DNA of 64,000 bases from a virus. A program made the translations under genes and the position numbers. The stretch lies in IMG/VR virus record IMGVR_UViG_3300024324_000425, positions 1 to 64,000 of that record; one strand, 5' to 3'. Each line of letters begins with the position of its first letter. Position 1 is the first letter of the stretch. The notes beneath the pieces were generated by a model. That model was not told the DNA's origin, searched no databases, and saw only the letters and a program-made list of their open reading frames with translations. This document shows, in pieces, positions 19,178 to 27,643 of the stretch.

Positions 19178-19664
19178 ATCCATAGAAGTCAGTGAAACCA
19201 TAAGGCTTTAAAAGACCTGCATATAAACCATCTAGTTCTTCGTTGTAAGGAAAACAAAATGATGTTGGTATATAATCTAATTCTTTCTTAAACCACGCTA
19301 GCATAAGTTCTGTATCTTCTTTGATATGTTTAACCTTATCAACTAACTTAGGGATTTTAGATACATCTTTATGATAATGGGAATGGCCACCTATCTCTAT
19401 ACCCATATTGATTATCTCTTTGATTTGATCAATAGTCATATAGTTTTCAGTATTACCTTTAAACGCCTTTACATGAGCACTACGACAATCAATAAACTCT
19501 TCTGATTGTTTACCCCTACATATTATATTAGACGAGATAAAGAATATCTTATCATTAGGTAAGTCTTTACCGTATAGATACTGAGAGTATAGACCATCAT
19601 CAAAGGTACACAATCCCTTTGGTATATTAGTGTCTTCTTTCATTTCGTGTATCATTAATACCAT
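19152..19664 (-). CDS. Polysaccharide deacetylase (NodB/CE4-like)
   Basis: TFDDG, EIGGHSHYH, FCFPY; the only credible minus-strand gene in the window. Confidence 0.8.
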   Translation of the reverse strand: MVLMIHEMKEDTNIPKGLCTFDDGLYSQYLYGKDLPNDKIFFISSNIICRGKQSEEFIDCRSAHVKAFKGNTENYMTIDQIKEIINMGIEIGGHSHYHKDVSKIPKLVDKVKHIKEDTELMLAWFKKELDYIPTSFCFPYNEELDGLYAGLLKPYGFTDFYGSSRVDIPA

Positions 19665-19729
19665 AATCTATCTATATCCTACCTTTCAGGCCATTCTTAT
19701 ATTATACACCATATATCATTTGTAATATG

Positions 19730-19737
19730 TATAAATA
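19730..19737 (+). promoter_or_regulatory. Late promoter TATAAATA
   Basis: Intergenic, upstream of phoH. Confidence 0.7.
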
Positions 19738-19765
19738 AGTAATATAGTTTAATTTAAGGGTATCC

Positions 19766-20467
19766 TTGAGCAAAAAGAAAGTAGCCCCCAGTGCATTAGC
19801 ACTGATGAACAAGCAACACTTTGAACTACAGGATGCAGAACCACTTAACGGTAAGCAACATGAATTCTTTGCTAATTACGCCGGAGGTAAGTCCCAAGTC
19901 CTAGCAGGTTCTGCTGGTACTGGTAAAACCTTTATGACATTGTTTAAAGCATTTGAAGAGATATTAAAGGCTAAGGTTAATTACCGAAGGATAGTTATTA
20001 TTCGTTCGGCGGTTGCCACTAGAGACATTGGTCATCTCCCAGGAACCTTAGAGGAGAAGCAGGCCATTTATGAAATACCTTATGTTGGTATTTGTAATGA
20101 GTTGTTTGGACGTGGTGATGCGTATGCTTTAATGAAGAAGAATGGTATCATCGATTTTATGCTTACTTCTTATGTTCGTGGTATAACTCTTGATGAGACT
20201 ATTGTTATTGTTGATGAGTTTCAAAACTTAACAGCACACGAAGCAGATTCAATCATTACTCGTTTAGGTAAGGGTTCAAAGATTATATTTTGTGGTGATA
20301 CATGTCAAACAGACTTCACCAGAAACAACGAAAAGGATATTGATAAGTTCCTTGCTGTAGTAAATAGAATGCCACAATGGTTTGATATTAACGAATTTGA
20401 ATCAGGTGATATTGTACGAAGTGGTATTGTTAAGGAATACATTAAGACAAAGGAGAGAATGGGATGA
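19766..20467 (+). CDS. phoH: PhoH-like ATPase
   Basis: GSAGTGKT, GHLPG, RGITL, DEFQN, GDTCQTD, IVRS. Confidence 0.92.
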   Translation: MSKKKVAPSALALMNKQHFELQDAEPLNGKQHEFFANYAGGKSQVLAGSAGTGKTFMTLFKAFEEILKAKVNYRRIVIIRSAVATRDIGHLPGTLEEKQAIYEIPYVGICNELFGRGDAYALMKKNGIIDFMLTSYVRGITLDETIVIVDEFQNLTAHEADSIITRLGKGSKIIFCGDTCQTDFTRNNEKDIDKFLAVVNRMPQWFDINEFESGDIVRSGIVKEYIKTKERMG

Positions 20468-20676
20468 TTAATTTTAAAGAATTAAGAGAAGCCAAAGGCA
20501 AATCTAAGAAAGAAATTAAAGAGGTCGCTCAAGACGAGTTGATGCATAGTTTAGCTAATGCATTTTATGGTGATGAGGCTAAAGATAAAGCTGTATTTGC
20601 TGAAATGGATAAACAAATGAAACGTATTGAAAAGCTATTTGGGTATAAGCCTGGGTCTTGGCGTAGAGGTGGTTAA
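20464..20676 (+). CDS. Putative head internal protein
   Basis: N-terminal MINFKELREA resembles a T4 capsid-targeting sequence. Confidence 0.5.
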   Translation: MINFKELREAKGKSKKEIKEVAQDELMHSLANAFYGDEAKDKAVFAEMDKQMKRIEKLFGYKPGSWRRGG

Positions 20677-20677
20677 T

Positions 20678-20764
20678 ATGGAAGTTGTTACATTGTTACC
20701 ATATATTAATGGCGCACTAATGATGGCAACGTGTGATTGGTCTCCTTGGATGTATTGCGTTTGA
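20678..20764 (+). CDS. Small hypothetical peptide (28 aa)
   Basis: GAGG RBS; MEVVTLLPYINGALMMATCDWSPWMYCV. Confidence 0.35.
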   Translation: MEVVTLLPYINGALMMATCDWSPWMYCV

Positions 20765-20780
20765 TCCAAAACATAAAAGA

Positions 20781-20788
20781 TATAAATA
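20781..20788 (+). promoter_or_regulatory. Late promoter TATAAATA
   Basis: Intergenic consensus. Confidence 0.7.
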
Positions 20789-20814
20789 ACTATAACATAT
20801 AAAGGGATTGCCCT

Positions 20815-21195
20815 ATGAAAGAGAAGGTAGCATCACTAGAGACTAAAATGGCTCTATTACAAAGTGATATAAATACTATTAAGAACAGGGAACCTCAATT
20901 ACCAGAGTGGCTTAGAAATTCTGCAATTATAGTTCTTATGGCTATGTTTGGTCAGATTGTTACTGCGGTTTGGTGGGCGTCAAGTATGACCGCTAATTTA
21001 GAGCACATTAACAATGATGTGGGAATGAACACCGAGTTTAGAATATCATATCCAAAGATGCATGCAGAAACTATGGTAAGTTTACACGGGCTAAAGAAGG
21101 ACGCAGAGCATACCGGGGCTATGGTTAAAGACATTAAAAGCAAGTTAAAATTTATTGATATAAAGGATCAAAGGGATCAAAGGAACACAAAATGA
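20815..21195 (+). CDS. Hypothetical membrane protein (coiled coil + 1 TM)
   Basis: TM segment SAIIVLMAMFGQIVTAVWWA. Confidence 0.6.
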   Translation: MKEKVASLETKMALLQSDINTIKNREPQLPEWLRNSAIIVLMAMFGQIVTAVWWASSMTANLEHINNDVGMNTEFRISYPKMHAETMVSLHGLKKDAEHTGAMVKDIKSKLKFIDIKDQRDQRNTK

Positions 21196-21419
21196 AAACA
21201 CTACAACAAATAAGAGAAGCATCAGGCGACAAAGAAGCATACCAAAAGTTCTTTCAAGGGTTATTAAAGAAGTTCGGCGTTAAATCACCTGCAGAATTAG
21301 ATGATGCAAAGAAGAAGGAATTCTTTAATGCTATTGAAAAGGGTTGGGAAGGTAAATCTGAAGAGCTTGAAACATATAAGAAAACTTTAGAGGCTTGTGA
21401 TCACGAGGAAGAGGAGTAA
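21192..21419 (+). CDS. Putative head internal protein
   Basis: N-terminus MKTLQQIREA is CTS-like. Confidence 0.55.
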   Translation: MKTLQQIREASGDKEAYQKFFQGLLKKFGVKSPAELDDAKKKEFFNAIEKGWEGKSEELETYKKTLEACDHEEEE

Positions 21420-21422
21420 GTA

Positions 21423-23189
21423 ATGATTAATTTTAGTGCGTTAAGAGAGGCATTTAATGCTTCTTTAATAAAAAAAGCTTGTGCCATTGCTAACTCAAAG
21501 AAGTTTAAAGATGGTGATTATGACCATGCTTATGCTGCTATTGAGAAGTTAAAGAAAGGTTTAGCTGATGAGCCTAAAGTTGCAGCATGTTTAAAGAAAG
21601 CTAATGAATCAATAGCCTTAGCAGAAGATGACCTTGAGGAAGGTGTAGCAGTTGATATGCGAACTAAAGGTTATAAAGAAGCTATCGCAAGAGGCCTAAG
21701 TAAAGAAGCTAAAAAGAAATTAAAAGCTGAGAATTCTAAGACTTTACAAGATGCTAATAACGCTTTACTAGGTAAGAACGAAAATATGACTGCTGGTGGG
21801 AATGATTCAACTGGTCCTATCGCAGGCCATGATAAACCATTAAGTAAGAAAAAGAAAATCATGAAGCGCAAAGGATTTAAAGAATCCATTGAACTTGAAG
21901 AAGTGTTCAACCAAGCTCAAATGAAAAAAGCTATTGGTATTGCACGCAAATCAAGAGGTAACTATGACAAAGCCTATGCTGAAATCGAAAAGATTAAGAA
22001 AGGTTTAGGTGATGAAGATATTATTGCTCATGTATTAAAGAAAGCCAATGAGTCAGTTGAAATTGAAGAAGGTTCAAATGGACTTGAAATTCAAGAAAGT
22101 GTAAACTTTAAGGCAATGTCTGATAAAAAATTATTAGACTGGATTAAAAAGAATGATACTGAAGACAGAGTAACACCTGTATTTGCTCGAATGATTTTAA
22201 CTGCTTATAAAGAAAAGAGACGCAGAAAACTGAAGACTGAAGAAGCATACGACAGAGGTTCTATTCGTGATTTTAAAGTTGGTGATAAAGTAAAATTCGT
22301 AGATGATAAATCTAGTCACCATGGGCAAACGGGAAAAATAACTAAATTGATTGGTGGTATTGGCGCAAGACAAAAAGCTCATGTTAAATTAGATAAAACA
22401 AAGAAAACAGTAATTGATATTTTAACATCAACTGATTTAATTAAAGAATCAGTTGAAGAAGCAGTTTCAATGAAAAATGCAAAAGGTATTGGTTTTGGTA
22501 AGAAAGGTGGATACGATAAGTATGTAACACTTGCTAAGAAGAAAAATGCTAAATCATATAAAGATGTATTGAAAGTATTATCACGTGAAGGTTTAGGTAA
22601 AGAAGAACTTGACAATGTTGCCGATTATGTAATGAATGCTTTAGGTGAGTCTGTTGACTTCTCATTAGAAGATGATTCTGGTTTACGAGATATGATTACA
22701 TATACACAATTAATGGAAGGCGCTAATGTTAAATCAACTATGTCTGATTTAAACAAAAAGATGTCTTTACTAAAGACCGATGTTAAGGGTGGAAACATTA
22801 ACGATATTATCACAAGATTGACGTCAATTGAAATCTTCATGGGCAAGGCAATAAAAGATTTAAACAAACTTGTTAAAGAATCAGTTGAACTTGAAGAAGC
22901 AAAAGGCAGTGATTGTACTATTCAGAATGATGGTAGAAATAACATCGCTGTATGTATTGATGGTCTTTCATTTGCTGATGCTCGTAAGGGTACACGTGGC
23001 GCTATGATGAATATTGATGGCTTTAAAAAGAAAGCTAAAGTTGCTTATGCAGATTCTAAAGGTAAACCTACTATCCCAGCTGTTAAGAAAGAAATCAAAG
23101 CATTAGGGGCTAAGAACTTCTATGCTAAATGGCAAGCGGATTCATCATCTTATAAAGACGATTCGGTAAAGATCTGGTTCACTAAGTAA
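21423..23189 (+). CDS. Large Lys-rich multi-module putative internal head (poly)protein
   Basis: CTS-like N-terminus; duplicated ~50-aa module; recurring ES(V/I)ELEE linkers. Confidence 0.55.
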   Translation: MINFSALREAFNASLIKKACAIANSKKFKDGDYDHAYAAIEKLKKGLADEPKVAACLKKANESIALAEDDLEEGVAVDMRTKGYKEAIARGLSKEAKKKLKAENSKTLQDANNALLGKNENMTAGGNDSTGPIAGHDKPLSKKKKIMKRKGFKESIELEEVFNQAQMKKAIGIARKSRGNYDKAYAEIEKIKKGLGDEDIIAHVLKKANESVEIEEGSNGLEIQESVNFKAMSDKKLLDWIKKNDTEDRVTPVFARMILTAYKEKRRRKLKTEEAYDRGSIRDFKVGDKVKFVDDKSSHHGQTGKITKLIGGIGARQKAHVKLDKTKKTVIDILTSTDLIKESVEEAVSMKNAKGIGFGKKGGYDKYVTLAKKKNAKSYKDVLKVLSREGLGKEELDNVADYVMNALGESVDFSLEDDSGLRDMITYTQLMEGANVKSTMSDLNKKMSLLKTDVKGGNINDIITRLTSIEIFMGKAIKDLNKLVKESVELEEAKGSDCTIQNDGRNNIAVCIDGLSFADARKGTRGAMMNIDGFKKKAKVAYADSKGKPTIPAVKKEIKALGAKNFYAKWQADSSSYKDDSVKIWFTK

Positions 23190-23998
23190 TGGCAAAGGTA
23201 ACCAGCAGGCCTGAATTAATCGATCATTGCATGAGGGCATTAGGTGCCCCTGTGCTTGAGATTAATGTTGACGAGGATCAAGTAGAAGATAGAATTGATG
23301 ATGCCTTACAGTATTATCAAGAGTATCATTCTGATGCTGTTGTTCGCGCTTACTTTAAACACCAGTTAACTGCTGATGATATAACTAATAGCTATATTGC
23401 TATACCTGATTCTATCACTTCAGTCACTAAGATATTAGATATGAAGAGTGGTGAGTCTGAAGCTATGTTTAACGCTGAATATCAAATGCGTTTAGCCGAT
23501 ATGAATACTTGGGGAATGCAAAGTTCTATCCAAGTGTTTGGCCAGAAGATGCAACACCTTGCTTTATTAGATCATCAACTGAATAGCTCTGAGCTACTTA
23601 GATTCAATCGTCATATGAATAGACTATATGTTGATGAAGGCTTTGGTAGTCTTCAAGCGGGTAGTTGTTCTATTATTGCTCATACCACTAAAACTGCTTG
23701 TGAAGCGGCAAGTGGTATATGGACAGAAGCGGGTTTCATAATCATTGAAGGTTTTGAAATTGTTGATCCACAAACATACTCCGATGTATATAACGATATG
23801 TTCTTAAAGAAATATTGTACAGCTCTTATTAAAAGACAATGGGGTGCTAACATGAGTAAGTTCGAAGGTATGCAATTACCTGGTGGAGTTACTATGAATG
23901 GTCTTCAAATCTTTCAAGATGCTGTTGAAGAAATTAATAAATTAGAAGAAGAAATGGCTTTGGCTTGGCAGATGCCGGACGACTTTATTATGGGTTAA
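23189..23998 (+). CDS. gp13: Neck protein gp13
   Basis: LGAPVLEINV, KRQWGANMSKFEGMQLPGGVT. Confidence 0.92.
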   Translation: MAKVTSRPELIDHCMRALGAPVLEINVDEDQVEDRIDDALQYYQEYHSDAVVRAYFKHQLTADDITNSYIAIPDSITSVTKILDMKSGESEAMFNAEYQMRLADMNTWGMQSSIQVFGQKMQHLALLDHQLNSSELLRFNRHMNRLYVDEGFGSLQAGSCSIIAHTTKTACEAASGIWTEAGFIIIEGFEIVDPQTYSDVYNDMFLKKYCTALIKRQWGANMSKFEGMQLPGGVTMNGLQIFQDAVEEINKLEEEMALAWQMPDDFIMG

Positions 23999-24003
23999 AC
24001 ACT

Positions 24004-24933
24004 ATGGCAACTTCAGTATATTTTTCAGGCTCGGTAAAAACTGAACAAGAACTCTATGAGGATTTGATCACCGAGTCTATGCAGATTTATGGACAAGATA
24101 TTGTTTATATACCCCGCCAAGAAATTAGTAAGGACGAGATCCTTAATGAATCCTATTCAAGATTTACAGACTCTTATGTAGTTGAAATGTACATAGAGAA
24201 TGCTGATGGATTTGAAGGTGATGGAGATCTATTAGCTAAGTTTGGTTTAGAGATTAGAGATCAAGCAACATTTATTGTTGCTAAACGCAGATGGCAAAAG
24301 CAGGTTGGCAAATGGTTATCAACAGCTCAAGGTGAATCGGATTCATTTAGACCTATGGAAGGAGATTTGTTATATCTTCCAATGTCTAAGAGTATCTTTG
24401 AAATCAAGTTTGTTGAACATGAAATGCCTTTCTATCAATTACAGAACTTACCTGTATATAAATTACAAGCTGAATTGTTCGAGTACTCAGATGAAGAGTT
24501 TGATACTGATATAGATACTATTGATCAAATAGAAACCCTTAATGCTACTTCATATACATACACACTAACTACTGGTACAGGTACATATAAGATTGGTGAA
24601 ACTGTTACACAATGGACCGGTGTTAATGATGCTGGTGGTTTACCTATTAATATCGAAGGTGAAGTTGCTGCTTGGGAAGATTTAGGTTTGTCTACCGGTA
24701 ACCTAACCGTGGTATCACTTAGCACTACCGATGGCGCCTTTAGACAATTATATGTTGATGCTGATATAACTAAACAGGTTATTGGTACAGAATCAGGAGC
24801 TACATACAATGTGTTAATTGCTGATACTGCCACTAATTACAACAGAGACGAATATGCTGCTAATGATATATTCGAAACAGAAGCTGATGGTATTATAGAC
24901 TTCTCTGAAACTAACCCATTTGGAATGCCATAA
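24004..24933 (+). CDS. gp14: Neck protein gp14
   Basis: YGQDIVYIPR, KFGLEIRD, PMEGDLLY, DFSETNPFG; start set at ATG 24004. Confidence 0.92.
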   Translation: MATSVYFSGSVKTEQELYEDLITESMQIYGQDIVYIPRQEISKDEILNESYSRFTDSYVVEMYIENADGFEGDGDLLAKFGLEIRDQATFIVAKRRWQKQVGKWLSTAQGESDSFRPMEGDLLYLPMSKSIFEIKFVEHEMPFYQLQNLPVYKLQAELFEYSDEEFDTDIDTIDQIETLNATSYTYTLTTGTGTYKIGETVTQWTGVNDAGGLPINIEGEVAAWEDLGLSTGNLTVVSLSTTDGAFRQLYVDADITKQVIGTESGATYNVLIADTATNYNRDEYAANDIFETEADGIIDFSETNPFGMP

Positions 24934-25661
24934 TGTTTTCTGATCATTTCTACAATTCAAGCACAAGACGGATGGTATCCGTGTTCGGATCAATGTTCAA
25001 TAACATATCTGTTGAAAAGACTGATAGTGCTGGTAAAGTGTTACAACATATTAAAGTACCATTAGCCTATGGCCCGAGACAGAAGTTCTTATCAAGAGCT
25101 AAAGACTTAGATGACACTAAGATTGCTATTAAGTTACCACGTCTTTCATTTGAAATAACTGATATGACATATGATGGTCAATCAAGAATTAATAAGAGTA
25201 ATAAATATGTTAAGGTTGATCCATTAGATAAGAAGAACGTTACTGCATTGGGTGCACCCGCTGTATATAAAGTGGGGTTTGAGTTAAACATTATGACTAA
25301 GACTCAAGATGAAGCATTACAAATCTTAGAGCAAATCTTACCTATGTTCCAACCAGACTATACTGTTACGATTACAGATATACCTGCGATGGAAATCAAG
25401 TCAGACGTTCCTATTGTATTAACTGGTGTAGGGCTTAATGATGAATATGAAGGTGACTTCTTAAGCAGAAGAACTATTGTATATACTTTGTCATTTGAAA
25501 CACGTATACGTTACTATAAAGGTATTCAGAAACGCGGTATTATTGATAAGACAGAAGTATACTATAAAGATACAGATTCAAGAGAGAACATGGAAGTACA
25601 AAAGGTTGATGGAACAACCCTACCATATACGGAGACAATCGACTTTTTTAATGAACCGTAG
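24933..25661 (+). CDS. gp15: Tail sheath stabilizer gp15
   Basis: KVPLAYGPRQKF, LPRLSFE, EQILPMFQP. Confidence 0.92.
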   Translation: MFSDHFYNSSTRRMVSVFGSMFNNISVEKTDSAGKVLQHIKVPLAYGPRQKFLSRAKDLDDTKIAIKLPRLSFEITDMTYDGQSRINKSNKYVKVDPLDKKNVTALGAPAVYKVGFELNIMTKTQDEALQILEQILPMFQPDYTVTITDIPAMEIKSDVPIVLTGVGLNDEYEGDFLSRRTIVYTLSFETRIRYYKGIQKRGIIDKTEVYYKDTDSRENMEVQKVDGTTLPYTETIDFFNEP

Positions 25662-25673
25662 GACATATATTAT

Positions 25674-26018
25674 ATGAGTGATAAAGATTTAAATAATGAT
25701 TATGAAAAGATAAGAAAGTCTCTTTATGATTTAACCGATCAAGGTGATGAAGCTATTGAGCTCATGATGGAGCTTGCTAGGGAATCTGAACATCCACGCG
25801 CATTTGAAGTGCTCGGCCAACTAATCAAACAAAATGCAGAGATCAGTGAAAAGATCTTAAAGATGCATAAGACCAAAAAAGAAGTAGAGAAGGTAGATAC
25901 TCCAGCCTTAGATGCTGCCGGGTCAATAACTAATAACAATGTGTTTATTGGATCTACTGCTGACCTACAGAAAATGCTACATGATGAGAAAGTGATTGAT
26001 GTCGAACCAAGCCAGTAA
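25674..26018 (+). CDS. gp16: Terminase small subunit
   Basis: ESEHPRAFEV, NNNVFIGSTADLQ. Confidence 0.9.
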   Translation: MSDKDLNNDYEKIRKSLYDLTDQGDEAIELMMELARESEHPRAFEVLGQLIKQNAEISEKILKMHKTKKEVEKVDTPALDAAGSITNNNVFIGSTADLQKMLHDEKVIDVEPSQ

Positions 26019-27567
26019 TACTTATTTAGGTAACCCGCGGGTACGTGGGGCTGATACTGCGCACCCCTGGACCAAAGAAGAACTGGTCGAATATGCACGT
26101 TGTGCAAAAGATCCTGTGTACTTCGCTAAAAAGTATTGTAAGGTAATTCATGTTGACCACGGGCTAGTACCATTTGAGTTGTATGATTATCAAGAGAAGA
26201 TGTTTGAGCACTTTAATAGTAATCGATTCTCTATCGTATTAGCATGTAGACAATCAGGTAAATCAATATCAACTGTTGCTTATCTATTATGGTATATCCT
26301 ATTTAAAGGAGAACAGGTTGTAGGTATCCTTGCTAACAAAGGTGCTACGGCTCGTGAAATGCTGGGTCGTATTACGTTGATGCTTGAAAATGTCCCATTC
26401 TTTCTCCAACCTGGGTGTAAAGCTTTAAACAAAGGTTCAATTGAATTTTCAAATAACTCTAGAATCATAGCCGCGGCTACTTCATCAAGTTCAGTTCGTG
26501 GTATGTCTATGAACCTAGTGTATCTTGATGAGTTTGCATTCGTTGAAAGAGATGTTGAGTTCTATACATCAACCTATCCTGTTATCTCCTCTGGTACTTC
26601 AACCAAAATTATTATTACATCGACACGTAATGGTGTTAATAACATGTTTAATAAGATATATGAAGGAGCCGTCCAAGGTACTAATGAATTCAAATCATTT
26701 AGAGTAGACTGGTGGGACGTACCTGGTAGAGATGAAGCGTGGAAGCAGATGACTATTGCTAATACGTCAGAGCTTCAATTCAAACAAGAATTTGGTAACG
26801 AAGTCATTGGGGCAGGTAATACTCTAATCAATGCTGAAACCCTAATATCAATGCAATCAATAGATCCTATTGCTATTAAAGAATCTGGCTCCCTTAACAT
26901 GTACAAGGAACCTATCTTAGGGCATAACTATATCATGGCAGTTGACGTAGCACGCGGTAGAGGTATGGACTATTCAACCTTTAATATCATTGATGTATCA
27001 TCAAGCCCTATGGAACAAGTGTGTGCGTATAGGGATAATATGATCTCCCCGCTACTATTACCTGACGTTATATATAAGTATGCTAATCACTACAATGAAG
27101 CCTATGTTATTGTTGAAAGTAATGACCAAGGAGCGGTGGTATGTAATGGATTATATTACGACTTAGAATATGAATTTGTCCATGTAGAATCATTAGTTAA
27201 AGCTAATTCTATTGGTGTTACTATGAATAAAAAGATTAAACGAATTGGTTGCTCTAACATTAAAGACATCATCGAACAAGGTAAATTAAAAATTAATGAT
27301 AATGAAACCATTATTGAAGCATCATCATTTGTATCTAAAGGGTCATCTTATGAAGCAGATAAAAATGGTCATGATGACCTAATGATGAACCTAGTTATGT
27401 TCGGCTGGTTCTCAACAACCCCATTCTTTCAAGAGGCAACAGACATCGATATGAAAGCTATGTTGTATCATGAAAAGACCAAACAGATTGAAGATGATTT
27501 AATACCAGTAGGAATATTTAGCGAGCAAGAAGAGATCGATAATCCATGGGTAATATGGAAAGGCTAG
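25996..27567 (+). CDS. gp17: Terminase large subunit
   Basis: RQSGKS, YLDEFAF, DVARGRG, HDDLMM. Confidence 0.95.
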   Translation: MMSNQASNTYLGNPRVRGADTAHPWTKEELVEYARCAKDPVYFAKKYCKVIHVDHGLVPFELYDYQEKMFEHFNSNRFSIVLACRQSGKSISTVAYLLWYILFKGEQVVGILANKGATAREMLGRITLMLENVPFFLQPGCKALNKGSIEFSNNSRIIAAATSSSSVRGMSMNLVYLDEFAFVERDVEFYTSTYPVISSGTSTKIIITSTRNGVNNMFNKIYEGAVQGTNEFKSFRVDWWDVPGRDEAWKQMTIANTSELQFKQEFGNEVIGAGNTLINAETLISMQSIDPIAIKESGSLNMYKEPILGHNYIMAVDVARGRGMDYSTFNIIDVSSSPMEQVCAYRDNMISPLLLPDVIYKYANHYNEAYVIVESNDQGAVVCNGLYYDLEYEFVHVESLVKANSIGVTMNKKIKRIGCSNIKDIIEQGKLKINDNETIIEASSFVSKGSSYEADKNGHDDLMMNLVMFGWFSTTPFFQEATDIDMKAMLYHEKTKQIEDDLIPVGIFSEQEEIDNPWVIWKG

Positions 27568-27571
27568 GTAT

Positions 27572-27579
27572 TATAAATA
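27572..27579 (+). promoter_or_regulatory. Late promoter TATAAATA
   Basis: Intergenic, upstream of gp18. Confidence 0.75.
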
Positions 27580-27643
27580 ACTATATTGAATATAAACGTA
27601 TTATGAATAAACTTATTACATCTTTGATTAGGAGAAGAAAACA

